Positions 1 to 9,040 of a stretch of 64,000 nucleotides of DNA are shown here, piece after piece (within the stretch, counting starts at the first letter, position 1; each line of letters begins with the position of its first letter). The notes under the pieces are model-generated. The model worked only from the letters and a program-made list of their open reading frames with translations. It was not told where the DNA came from and ran no database searches. Origin of the DNA: Bacteroidales bacterium. GTDB taxonomy: Bacteria > Bacteroidota > Bacteroidia > Bacteroidales > VadinHA17. The stretch is taken from positions 5,637-69,636 of the forward strand of contig JBFYPM010000133.1 in the NCBI GenBank assembly GCA_041303295.1, in the 5' to 3' direction. The translations under genes were made by a program, and so were the position numbers.

Positions 1-1
1 G

Positions 2-235
2 ATCTATTACAGCGAGGGGAAAGCGCTGAAACCCAAGACAATGAAGTATTATGAGGATCACCTCCCCCCGGGCCTCTTCATGAGGGTCCACAGGTCATAT
101 ATCGTTAATGTGGAATGCATCACCCGGCTCGAACCATACAGCAAAGACAATTACGTGGCAGTACTGAAATCCGGCGAGAAGATCCCGGTAAGCCGCACAG
201 GATATAAGATGCTGCGGGAAAAACTCAGCTTCTAA
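2..235 (+). CDS. LytTR-type DNA-binding domain protein, 3' fragment (gene begins upstream of window)
   Basis: Frame open from base 2; tail FMRVHRSYIVNVECI...YVAVLKSGEKIPVSRTGY matches LytTR domain signature (HRSYIVN ... VSR) of LytR/AlgR-type response regulators. Confidence 0.75.
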   Translation: MYYSEGKALKPKTMKYYEDHLPPGLFMRVHRSYIVNVECITRLEPYSKDNYVAVLKSGEKIPVSRTGYKMLREKLSF

Positions 236-555
236 TCTCTCTCCTTCAGCCGGTTGCATCGCGGCGCACGACGAAACATACTCTTTTCCGGCCTGTACCG
301 TCTGAAGATAAATCCCGGAACCGGATCATAACCATGAGTGCCTCCCGGCCTGCACCTGAGGATACGGCCGGTTGAGATGACGATCCCGGTTATAGGGCCA
401 TGCAACCTGAAAGCATCAATTGTATACTGCGAGCAGGTAGGAACGTGTCGGCATGAGGGCGGTGTCCACGGAGAAATAAACCACCGGTAAATCCATACCG
501 GGATAAGCAGTAAAAAAGATAATACCTTTGAAGCTGTCTTGATCATCGTGCCCAA
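232..555 (-). CDS. yidD: membrane protein insertion efficiency factor YidD
   Basis: WFISPW..CRHVPTCSQYTIDAFRLHG...ILRCRPGGTHGYDPVP matches YidD signature; long for the family (107 aa, basic C-terminal tail); 4-nt 3' overlap with convergent LytTR gene. Confidence 0.85.
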   Translation of the reverse strand: MGTMIKTASKVLSFLLLIPVWIYRWFISPWTPPSCRHVPTCSQYTIDAFRLHGPITGIVISTGRILRCRPGGTHGYDPVPGFIFRRYRPEKSMFRRAPRCNRLKERD

Positions 556-657
556 AGATAAGCTGAATCGTCATGACAAAATGACTTCCTGTCAGAACTT
601 ATAGTTATTGGCAAATGTTTTGATGTAATAAAACAAACTTAATAGAATCAATAATTA

Positions 658-1362
658 ATGGAGACAATGTTTTTACACAACGGGACCTACTGGATCATAT
701 TTATAGTGTTCATGATACTGAGCTGGGTTGTCAGTGCCAGGCTCAAATCGAAATTCAGGCAGTATTCGAAGATGCCGATTGCCAGCGGCATGACCGGACG
801 CGATGTTGCTGAAAAGATGCTTCGTGACAACGGCATCACTGATGTTACCGTTCACAGTGTGGAGGGAGAGCTCTCTGACCACTACAATCCGCTTAAAAAG
901 ACTATCAACCTCAGCCGTGAGGTATACTCTGGGGCCAGTGTAGCTGCTGCTGCCGTGGCTGCCCATGAGACCGGCCACGCCCTCCAGCATGCGCAGTCAT
1001 ACGCATGGCTGAACATGAGATCGAAGCTCGCCCCGGTTGTGGGATTTGCATCGAACTGGATACAGTGGGTGTTGATAGCAGGCCTGGTGCTCCTCAACTC
1101 AAGACCCGAGATACTCCTTGGCGGGATAGTGCTCTTCGCTATCACCACCCTTTTCAGCTTCATCACACTCCCTGTGGAGATCAATGCATCAAAGAGAGCC
1201 CTGGCATGGCTTTCCAATGCCGGCATTACCTACTCGGGAACACATGACAAGGCTGAAGACGCGCTGAGATGGGCTGCCTATACATACGTGGTTGCAGCGC
1301 TGGGGTCACTGGCAACTCTGATCTATCACATAATGCTTTACATGGGGGCAAGAGACAGATAG
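658..1362 (+). CDS. zinc metallopeptidase, YugP-like (Zn_peptidase_2 family)
   Basis: N-terminal TM helix, SGMTGRDVAEKML, HETGH zinc motif (AAHETGHALQ), C-terminal TM helices; layout as in B. subtilis YugP. Confidence 0.8.
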   Translation: METMFLHNGTYWIIFIVFMILSWVVSARLKSKFRQYSKMPIASGMTGRDVAEKMLRDNGITDVTVHSVEGELSDHYNPLKKTINLSREVYSGASVAAAAVAAHETGHALQHAQSYAWLNMRSKLAPVVGFASNWIQWVLIAGLVLLNSRPEILLGGIVLFAITTLFSFITLPVEINASKRALAWLSNAGITYSGTHDKAEDALRWAAYTYVVAALGSLATLIYHIMLYMGARDR

Positions 1363-1378
1363 GCAGGAGCTTTCCTTC

Positions 1379-2155
1379 CTATCTCCCTTCAACATAGAGG
1401 AACTTCGTCCTCTTGACAAGGTACCTGACAATGGCCCAGAAGATAAGTGCTGCCGTCAGGAGTGTCACATACATGGGCTCCATGTATACTCTTCCCGTAA
1501 CAGCGATGTTGCGGAAGAGGTCCGTTACCGCAAAGACGATGAAGAGATTGGCAATGCTGTTGTACTCGCGCTTGAGAACATTCCTGAATGCAAACGGCAG
1601 GATTGACTTCGTGTAATGTCTGAATCCCGGAATCACCGCCTTAACCCTGAAGGCCCATGCGTCATAGGTATCACCGAACTTGCGGCGGAGATACTGCTCC
1701 TCGGCAAAAATTATCCGTTCGTAATAGAGCCAGTATGCCAGTACGAAGATGATGATGCACCATACCGACCTGAGGAAGAGGACCGGCCCGAGCCACATCA
1801 GGAAATTGCCGACATAGAGGGGATGGCGCAAAACCGAGTAGATACCGGTGGTATTGAGTTCATCGGCCAGCTGGTCAATCACATTGCGGCCCGAGGTGTT
1901 CCTCGGAACATATCCCACAGTGTATGACCTGAGGAGCTCCCCGGCAACGGAGACCAGGATGCACATTACCTCCCAGGTGAAGTTGAAATAGATAACACTG
2001 CGGTTGGCAACGAAGAGATAAACTACTGCCAGAACAATGATTACTAATGGCAGCCAGCTTCTCCTCCTGAATAACCAGTTACCGGATTTCTCGAGTTCAT
2101 GGACCAATGACATACTTTCGGCGTTAATTCCGTAAAAGTATGAAAATTTCATCAT
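1379..2155 (-). CDS. ICMT/PEMT-family membrane methyltransferase
   Basis: Multi-pass membrane protein with TTGIYSVLRHPLYVGNFLMWLG motif typical of isoprenylcysteine carboxyl / phospholipid methyltransferase family. Confidence 0.7.
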   Translation of the reverse strand: MMKFSYFYGINAESMSLVHELEKSGNWLFRRRSWLPLVIIVLAVVYLFVANRSVIYFNFTWEVMCILVSVAGELLRSYTVGYVPRNTSGRNVIDQLADELNTTGIYSVLRHPLYVGNFLMWLGPVLFLRSVWCIIIFVLAYWLYYERIIFAEEQYLRRKFGDTYDAWAFRVKAVIPGFRHYTKSILPFAFRNVLKREYNSIANLFIVFAVTDLFRNIAVTGRVYMEPMYVTLLTAALIFWAIVRYLVKRTKFLYVEGR

Positions 2156-2185
2156 ATAAATTATTGATTTAATTTGTATGATGGA

Positions 2186-2243
2186 ACCTCCATGTATCAG
2201 ATTATTATTTACTTGTATTTCTGTGTGCTAACACATGGAGGTT
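2186..2243 (-). other. 11-bp perfect inverted repeat with 36-nt spacer abutting the beta-barrel gene stop codon
   Basis: AACCTCCATGT (2186-2196) / ACATGGAGGTT (2233-2243). Confidence 0.5.
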
Positions 2244-3437
2244 TCAGAAACTATACCTGATCCTTACAAAACCGAGGTTTATCCTGGTCTTTTCCATATT
2301 TATGAGACTGCTGAAGTGCTGCCAAAGGAAGGTAAAATCAACATTCTCCGCCAGTGAAAAATCAATCGCAGGGCCGGCATAGAATCCGTCAAGATCCGGA
2401 TACCATATTGCTGACAATGAGATGTTGAGCAGGGGCATGGGAGCATATGAAACCTGTCCAACGGCGCTGAATTCCGAGAAGGCAAGTTCCCTGGCCGTGA
2501 GACCGCCTCCGTACAGGTCCGTAAAGCTGCCTGGTGAAAGCGGATTGTTTGAGTACATCACCTGCGCCAGGACCGTGATCTTGTCAGAGAAGCTCCTGTC
2601 AACACCGGCTGTCACAATCAAGGTACCCTTCTCCCCCTCTTCCGGGCCTGCAAAGGGAACAAAAAGGGTACCCTCACCCCTGACTGAATATGGGCCAAGG
2701 GCTCCTGACCATCCTGTTCCGGCTGTGAAGAGTTCCTCATCTGTCTCCCCGGCAAGAAACTGAAAGTCTGTGTTCAGGAAGTTAAACCGGAAGAGAGCCG
2801 CCGCTGTTATCCTCTTTTCGCCATCAATCTTGACGACAGCCTCCGCGGCTGAAGCCGGGCCGGTTGAGTATGTGACTTTCAGGGCGTCACTGCCAGGCCG
2901 CTCCACGTAATCAAAATCGAAGAATGAGTAGGTGTTGAAAATGTCATTGGGGTTCCATACAAGGGCCTGGCTCCAGTTTATACGCTGCCGACCGGCAGTG
3001 ATCTGAAAACGGCCGGAGGTGAAGTCAACATAAGCCCTGTCAACCATTGTGTTAAGCACATAAGAGCTTCCGCTGGCCAGGTTCCATGACATGTCTGCTA
3101 ACCCCTTATCATCAGCAAGGCCTTGAATATATGACGGGTCAAGCTTTACCATGTCTCCGGTTACAAACCGGTTACGCACCTCCAGGGCAAGTGTGAATCC
3201 TTTGCCGGCATACGCCTTAAAATTCAGTCTGTTATGCAGCATGCTGCTGTTGATCCATGAGTCTTCCGGCTTTTCAAACATGGCCATATGCAGCCATGTG
3301 GCATATCCGCCAACAGATAGCCCTACAGGATTCCCCGGGGCAGACTCATCGCCTGATTGTCCGCTACCGGCCTCCTGGGCCTTAAGTGAGGTCAGTGATG
3401 CAAGAATGCAGGCCGCCAGCAGAAAGATCTGTCTCAT
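2244..3437 (-). CDS. outer-membrane beta-barrel (porin-like) protein, last gene of the ABC export cluster
   Basis: Signal peptide [21 protein letters not shown], alternating-strand composition, AGRQRINW motif, C-terminal aromatic end ...RIRYSF; start overlaps ATPase stop by 4 nt. Confidence 0.6.
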   Translation of the reverse strand: MRQIFLLAACILASLTSLKAQEAGSGQSGDESAPGNPVGLSVGGYATWLHMAMFEKPEDSWINSSMLHNRLNFKAYAGKGFTLALEVRNRFVTGDMVKLDPSYIQGLADDKGLADMSWNLASGSSYVLNTMVDRAYVDFTSGRFQITAGRQRINWSQALVWNPNDIFNTYSFFDFDYVERPGSDALKVTYSTGPASAAEAVVKIDGEKRITAAALFRFNFLNTDFQFLAGETDEELFTAGTGWSGALGPYSVRGEGTLFVPFAGPEEGEKGTLIVTAGVDRSFSDKITVLAQVMYSNNPLSPGSFTDLYGGGLTARELAFSEFSAVGQVSYAPMPLLNISLSAIWYPDLDGFYAGPAIDFSLAENVDFTFLWQHFSSLINMEKTRINLGFVRIRYSF

Positions 3438-4129
3438 GCTGTGTGGTTTGTCCTTTCATCTGATACCACTATTCCATCTTCAAGGGTTATGACCCTGCGG
3501 GCTCTCTTCATCACCCTGACATCATGGGTGGAAAAAATAAATGTCATCCGCTCCTCCCGGTTCAGTTTCTCCATTATATCCAGGAGAGACTCAGCCGATT
3601 TTGAATCGAGGTTTGCGGTGGGCTCGTCGGCAAGGATGAATTCCGGCCGCGGTGCCAGGGCGCGAGCTACGGCCACCCTCTGCTGCTGCCCGCCGGAAAG
3701 CTGTGAGGGGCGGCTGTTGTGGCGGTCAGACAATCCAACTGAATCAAGCATTTCGTTCGTACGGGCCTTGCGCTTCTCCTTTGGCCATTTCTGGAGGTTC
3801 ATGATAAAGTCTACATTTTCTGCAGCCGTGAGGACGGGTATAAGGTTATACGACTGGAAGACGAAGCCCACATGTTCCATCCTGAAGTCGATCAGCTCCG
3901 AGGGTCTGAGCTCCGAGAGCCGGTGTCCCGCTACGATAATCTCTCCGCCGGTAGGCTGGTCAAGGCCGCCGATGAGGTTCAGCAACGTCGTCTTGCCTGA
4001 ACCTGACGGACCTACAATCACTGCAAAATCACCCTTTTCAAAACTGAGTGTGACTCCGTTTACGGCCTTCACCTCCACCTCCGTATCATGGTAGGTCTTT
4101 GACACGTCATTGATTTCGACTACTTTCAT
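3434..4129 (-). CDS. ABC transporter ATP-binding protein (LolD/MacB-type)
   Basis: Walker [13 protein letters not shown] signature [15 protein letters not shown], Walker B ILADEPT, H-loop STHD. Confidence 0.95.
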   Translation of the reverse strand: MKVVEINDVSKTYHDTEVEVKAVNGVTLSFEKGDFAVIVGPSGSGKTTLLNLIGGLDQPTGGEIIVAGHRLSELRPSELIDFRMEHVGFVFQSYNLIPVLTAAENVDFIMNLQKWPKEKRKARTNEMLDSVGLSDRHNSRPSQLSGGQQQRVAVARALAPRPEFILADEPTANLDSKSAESLLDIMEKLNREERMTFIFSTHDVRVMKRARRVITLEDGIVVSDERTNHTA

Positions 4130-4147
4130 TGTTATTATGTTTTGTTG

Positions 4148-5575
4148 TTATTCTCCTCTTAATGCTTCCACCGGATTTAGCTGCAGTGCCTTGCGTGCCG
4201 GGTAAATCGCCGATAATATCCCCGTGAGCACAATCATCACCGTAAGCATGATAAAGAAATCTGCTCCTATTGTGGGATAGAGATTGGCAGAATATCCGAA
4301 TGCCTCCATCCCTTCTGCATATTTAATGAGGTTTATCCCTGTACGGCCGGTGATGGCTATAACCACGGCACTGACAGCCATACCTGCGAAACCTCCGACT
4401 ATAGAAAGGAAAACTGATTCAAGCATTATCATCATAAAGATGCGGCGGCGGTTCATGCCGATAGCCGAAAGCATGCCCAGTTCGCGGGTCCGTTCGAGGA
4501 CCGACATCAGCATAGTGTTAACAATACCAAAAGCAAGGGCAGCAAGTATAATGACCATGAAAATGGCGTAGATCTGGTTGATGTAATCCGTTACCATTGC
4601 CAGGTCGGTCTGTATCTCCTTCCAGCTCATTACTTCCAGTCCTGGCAACGCCTCCCTGACAACCGGAGTAACCTTGTTTGTGAGATCATCCTCCTCCAGC
4701 CTGGCGATAAACCTGTGATACTGTCCCTCTTCCAGGCCTGTCAGCCTGCGCAGTTCATCCTGTGGTACAAAGAGCGATATTGCTTCAAAAAGGTCGTTAT
4801 TGGTTCGGAAGATGCCGCTTATCCGGAACGCAGCACCGGTCTGGTGACCGTTTACATCAAGGAAGGAGAGTATGATTCTTGAGCCTTCCCGGTAAGACCA
4901 GGCCGCCTCTTTGATATTCATCCCGTATTCTTTTATCTCCTTGCCGGTCAGAAGCCCGGTATATGCTTCCGTGAGCTTCTTTTCCGTGGTGAACCGCAAC
5001 CCTTCAAGCGGTTTCAGTTTTTCAGCAACTGCTTCGGGAACTCCCTGTGAAACAAGCGACTCAAATGCTTCGGGAGTGAGGATGTACCTGATAATATAAA
5101 GCTCTTTGGCGAGCTTCTCCCCGATAAATGCACTGTTCAGCTTCGTGTCAGACCCGAAGTAACTGCCGGTTCCCGGTATCAATTTTTGCGACAGGGTGAA
5201 CATCTCAAGTTCCTTCTGTGTGTCTATGCCATTTATCTCAACGCCGGTGCTGCCGGCAGATGTAGAGGCTATGCCAGTTACAATGACCCTGCCTGTGATG
5301 TCTGTAACACCGGGGGTCTTCTCAAGGGTGGTGATAACAGCTGAAGGATCCTTAATGTAATTCTGAATATCACTGCTGCTGCGGAACTCCTTGTTGTTAA
5401 CCTGTATATGAGCAAGTTCCTCATTAACCGCCGCATTAATCCTCTGAACAATGGAACTGTTTATTGCAGCCATTGCGAAGACACCGGCAAATACCCCTAC
5501 TGTAACAGCAGCGATGACGGTAAGGCTTCTTGCCTTGTTCCTCCAGACGTTTTTCCAGGCTAAAGATGTTATCAT
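4148..5575 (-). CDS. ABC transporter permease, FtsX/MacB-type
   Basis: N-terminal TM (AWKNVWRNKARS...), about 270-aa extracytoplasmic domain, three C-terminal TMs with FtsX-type ending PARKALQLNPVEALR. Confidence 0.9.
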   Translation of the reverse strand: MITSLAWKNVWRNKARSLTVIAAVTVGVFAGVFAMAAINSSIVQRINAAVNEELAHIQVNNKEFRSSSDIQNYIKDPSAVITTLEKTPGVTDITGRVIVTGIASTSAGSTGVEINGIDTQKELEMFTLSQKLIPGTGSYFGSDTKLNSAFIGEKLAKELYIIRYILTPEAFESLVSQGVPEAVAEKLKPLEGLRFTTEKKLTEAYTGLLTGKEIKEYGMNIKEAAWSYREGSRIILSFLDVNGHQTGAAFRISGIFRTNNDLFEAISLFVPQDELRRLTGLEEGQYHRFIARLEEDDLTNKVTPVVREALPGLEVMSWKEIQTDLAMVTDYINQIYAIFMVIILAALAFGIVNTMLMSVLERTRELGMLSAIGMNRRRIFMMIMLESVFLSIVGGFAGMAVSAVVIAITGRTGINLIKYAEGMEAFGYSANLYPTIGADFFIMLTVMIVLTGILSAIYPARKALQLNPVEALRGE

Positions 5576-5587
5576 GAGTTTGTTCTG

Positions 5588-7003
5588 TTAGGCTCGAAGA
5601 GCATTTATAACATTCATTTTGAAGACCTTGCGGACGCTAAAGGCGATAGCAATGAAAAGGATCAGGAGAACTATCACTACCTGCCACAGGTAATAAGTGT
5701 CGGGCAATAACATAGGCATCACCGGATCAAAGCCATAGTCTTCATACATCTTTGCCATCTCGCCCGTAAAACGAAGTGGCCTGGCATATCCGAGGATGAC
5801 AACTGGCAGTGACCCTGCCACGCCGGCCGCAACGCCCAGGAACCCTATGAGCAACATCTCCATGGATATCACTTTGGCAAGCTTGCCCTTCTGCATCCCT
5901 ATTGAGACCAGCATGCCGAACTCACGGCGTCTTTCAGCCATCATCATCAGCACGGTACCGAAGACCCCGAAAGCTATAACCAGGTACAGGATGCCGATCA
6001 TTATTGCACCGCTTTTGTTATCCGCCTCCATCTGGTTGATGAGGAGGGCATTCATCTCCTTCCATGTACGAATGGCAAGACCCTCACCGGTGACTTCACC
6101 GAGCCTGTTGCGGGTCTTTATAAGGTCATCATCTTCTGCACCCCGGACGCTTATAATAGCGGAGGTGGCCATTCCGGGAGCAGCATAAAGATACTGTGCA
6201 TCATTCAGCGTGAGATAGACGAACCGATTGTCAATTTCAGGCTGGGGCATGCTTACAATGCCCTTGACAACGTAGAGTCCGGCTGCCGATGCACCATGGT
6301 ACCCCTGGCCCATCAGCACGAGAGTATCTCCAACTCCTGCATGAAGGTATTCAGAGAGGCCATTGCCAATGACTGCATAACCCGTATCGGCAGCGGTAAG
6401 GAAACTGTTATCAAAAATAGCATACTTCCTGAAGAGCGGAAGAACCGCAATGGTATCGGAGCGGTCGATGCCAAGAATGGAGATGAGACTTGCCTCATCG
6501 GTAAATGATTCGTTGACAAATACATCAAGCAGCTTTCCTGTCCGGCCGGGCAGGCTTTCAGCCTTCAGTGTATCAACTGCTTCAGGTGTCAGCCTGTATT
6601 TGACGAGTCGGTTTCTTATATTAAGTCCTCTTATCTCTTTTTCGGGATCCATTCCGATTACAATGACACCCTGTGTCCGGCTTCCGACAGCGGCAAGGGC
6701 AAATGACTCGAGTTTGGGAATGACGGCTGTGACGTTCGGATCACCCTCAATCCGGCTAACGATTTCGGGATCAATGATAAAGCCGTTGTCCAGGCTTGGC
6801 TCATCCAGGTAATCAACGTGCTGGAGCTGCAGATACCCGGAATATGATTCAATGACATCCCTGTACATCTTCTCGTAGGTTCCGAGCTGGAATGATCTCA
6901 TTACCAGTGCGAAGAACACCGCAAAAAAAACTGAGGCGGCAGTGATTAGGGTTCTTCTTTTATTTCGCCAGAGGTTCCTCCAGGCGAGCTGATAGTCTTT
7001 CAT
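5588..7003 (-). CDS. ABC transporter permease, FtsX/MacB-type (second paralog)
   Basis: Same architecture as 4148-5575 (AWRNLWRNKRRT..., large periplasmic domain, C-terminal FtsX TMs, ending NVINALRA). Confidence 0.9.
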   Translation of the reverse strand: MKDYQLAWRNLWRNKRRTLITAASVFFAVFFALVMRSFQLGTYEKMYRDVIESYSGYLQLQHVDYLDEPSLDNGFIIDPEIVSRIEGDPNVTAVIPKLESFALAAVGSRTQGVIVIGMDPEKEIRGLNIRNRLVKYRLTPEAVDTLKAESLPGRTGKLLDVFVNESFTDEASLISILGIDRSDTIAVLPLFRKYAIFDNSFLTAADTGYAVIGNGLSEYLHAGVGDTLVLMGQGYHGASAAGLYVVKGIVSMPQPEIDNRFVYLTLNDAQYLYAAPGMATSAIISVRGAEDDDLIKTRNRLGEVTGEGLAIRTWKEMNALLINQMEADNKSGAIMIGILYLVIAFGVFGTVLMMMAERRREFGMLVSIGMQKGKLAKVISMEMLLIGFLGVAAGVAGSLPVVILGYARPLRFTGEMAKMYEDYGFDPVMPMLLPDTYYLWQVVIVLLILFIAIAFSVRKVFKMNVINALRA

Positions 7004-7030
7004 GCTGATAATCCATTTATTTACCGGATG

Positions 7031-7813
7031 TTACCTTATGCTTTTCATATTCTGCTGTGAAAAGAAACTCTCATCGAGTTTTATGTTGAATTTCATCTCC
7101 AGGATCTTCAGAACGGTTTTGTGACCCTCCTCTTCTGCCGGCACCAGCTCAATGGTTGAAGGAATGAATCTCCCGTCCATCGTTTTAAGGTCTGTGCCTC
7201 TCTCCGTACGGACAAGGTATCCGTCTTCATCATATAATTCGGCCTTCAGGACAATAAATTCCTTTTTATCTACCCACCATACCTGGTGGCCCCAGAGGAC
7301 GTCAGCATCCTCCTTTGCGATAAGCTTAATCTTATGGCAAAGGCGGCTGTCGACCTCCTCCTCTCCTTCCATAGTGTGGTTATAGTCGTCAACTACAGAC
7401 GATTCCCTGAGGATATCATCATTTGTATAGTCAGAGCCCATCCATCCCTGTGACATCATTGAGGGGGGGAGTTTTATCAGCCTGTTGATTGCCGGGTTCC
7501 AGCTCCACATCTCCGTGCCCCTTTTGAGGAAGGTCTGGCCCTTCTCACGTGCCGGGGCAGTGATAAGGGTAAGTGAATAGTCATCTTCGAGCGACCACGA
7601 CCTGAACTCAACTGTTCGCTGCCAGGTGGGGCGGACGATTGTCATGCTCATCACACTGTAGCCTGACATCTCGCCATTGAACTTTTCGTCTGCCTTCGTG
7701 ATTATCTCTTTGGCCGTCAGCTGCTGGGCCGGGACTGAATGCCAGGCAGGCAGGAAAAGCAGTGACGTCAGAAGCACTATCATCGGTCTCACTGATATTT
7801 TCATAATGTTCAA
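7031..7813 (-). CDS. LolA-like outer membrane lipoprotein-sorting protein (periplasmic)
   Basis: Signal peptide, about 230-aa soluble domain; sequence style (TAKEI..K.D....G....S...M.I......R..E...W ... FLKRGTEMWSWNPA) of the LolA_like family that accompanies FtsX-type ABC permeases. Confidence 0.65.
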   Translation of the reverse strand: MNIMKISVRPMIVLLTSLLFLPAWHSVPAQQLTAKEIITKADEKFNGEMSGYSVMSMTIVRPTWQRTVEFRSWSLEDDYSLTLITAPAREKGQTFLKRGTEMWSWNPAINRLIKLPPSMMSQGWMGSDYTNDDILRESSVVDDYNHTMEGEEEVDSRLCHKIKLIAKEDADVLWGHQVWWVDKKEFIVLKAELYDEDGYLVRTERGTDLKTMDGRFIPSTIELVPAEEEGHKTVLKILEMKFNIKLDESFFSQQNMKSIR

Positions 7814-7911
7814 ATTTTATTTTTTGTGGAAAGAGAGCTTCCCTGTAAAGCGGGAGAACATAGGCGTCTTTGTTTTTCCATTACAACTGTACTTAAGGAC
7901 AAATTGATGGC

Positions 7912-8544
7912 TCATTTGTATCTTTTTATCAATGCCTCTACCATCTTTTCAAAGTAATCACCTGGGTATTGTTCATCAGCAAAAAGGTATGTCATGGCAA
8001 AACCCTTGATCGTATTGATGAACATCAGCATTTCGATTGTGGGATCATAATCCGGGTCGGCAGATTCCTGTTTCCCCGCAAAATAGTCCACAAGGAGCAT
8101 TATCATATTTTCCGAGAACTCCCGGAGTGGGGTTCCGGAAACGGAAATCGGCATCTTCTCTTCACTGAGGAGGTTTTCGTAGACACCCTGCTGCATCATT
8201 ATTCTGAACAACAGCTTCCATGACTGCCTCTTCTCGCGGAAGAGACTGAAAATCTTGCGTATAAACAGTTCGAACTCCGCGGGCGTCAGCTGGCTGTCGT
8301 GATCAGGATTGAATGTGCCGTATATCTCGGTGAGCGACCTGTTTATAATGGCTGCGAGCAGATCCTCTTTGCTTTTAAAGTAATTGTACATTAGGCCTTT
8401 TGAGATGCCTGCATGCCTGGCTATATGGGTTATGGTTGTGGCATGAAACCCGATGTTTGAAAATTGTTCAAGGGCTGCATCCATAATGAGGGTCTTTTTC
8501 TCCTCCCTCATCTCTTCGAATTTTGCGGATGATCTTGGCGACAT
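7912..8544 (-). CDS. TetR/AcrR family transcriptional regulator
   Basis: N-terminal HTH FSNIGFHATTITHIARHAGISKGLMYNYFKSKEDLL typical of TetR_N; heads the co-directional export cluster. Confidence 0.9.
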   Translation of the reverse strand: MSPRSSAKFEEMREEKKTLIMDAALEQFSNIGFHATTITHIARHAGISKGLMYNYFKSKEDLLAAIINRSLTEIYGTFNPDHDSQLTPAEFELFIRKIFSLFREKRQSWKLLFRIMMQQGVYENLLSEEKMPISVSGTPLREFSENMIMLLVDYFAGKQESADPDYDPTIEMLMFINTIKGFAMTYLFADEQYPGDYFEKMVEALIKRYK

Positions 8545-8555
8545 AGTCTTTGATT

Positions 8556-8615
8556 AAACGTTCATTCAATAACCCCCCCCTTAAAAAACCGCTCTTTGGT
8601 TGAACGGTCGGTCAA
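8556..8615. promoter_or_regulatory. direct repeat AACGnTCnnTCAA x2 in the TetR gene 5' region (candidate operator)
   Basis: AAACGTTCATTCAA (8556-8569) and GAACGGTCGGTCAA (8602-8615), 10 of 14 identical; second copy overlaps the TAtcTTTG box. Confidence 0.3.
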
Positions 8616-8620
8616 AGATA
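8613..8620 (-). promoter_or_regulatory. Bacteroidota-type -7 box TAtcTTTG (TetR gene)
   Basis: Matches TAnnTTTG; 69 nt upstream of ATG. Confidence 0.35.
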
Positions 8621-8928
8621 AATCCGAATTTTTGCAAAAGCTAGTTTTTTTAAGAAAATTTTTCCTTTAAGAGTAATTTTTCCCCTTGGCCGGGATACAA
8701 TATTCTATTTTACAGTTTTTTATAATTTAGCTATGCCATAAGAAAAACAGGGCGCATTTTGGGGGATACCGGTTAACCTTCACCAGGCAAAGGAAATCCC
8801 TCCCGGAAAAATTACCATATGATAAGGAAATCTGACAGCCTTATTCCCTTCCAGATGGTTGCATCAGATCCATACAGAGTATCAAGAGGGCGTTTCTGTT
8901 CCCACATCACAACAAATTCATTTATTAA

Positions 8929-9025
8929 ATTTTCCAATAGTATTTAATGACAATAAATCTTATTTTCCAATTGTGTTTTAATTACTATTTAATATTTTCC
9001 AATATTATTTATTATCTTTACCATC
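8929..9025. repeat. three tandem 32-33-bp AT-rich units each starting ATTTTCCAAT
   Basis: ATTTTCCAAT at 8929, 8962, 8994, each followed by nnTnTTT(T)AaT; ends 16 nt before the ATPase start codon region. Confidence 0.8.
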
Positions 9026-9040
9026 ATAATATATACATAT

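Noticed and set aside
3441-4094. 217-aa ORF antisense to the ABC ATPase gene
   Set aside because: The opposite strand encodes canonical Walker A, ABC signature and Walker B motifs. The antisense product has no recognisable features.
8929-9025. Possible miniature CRISPR array
   Set aside because: There are only three copies. The conserved core is a 10-nt AT-rich word, the inter-repeat segments resemble each other, and no cas genes are present.
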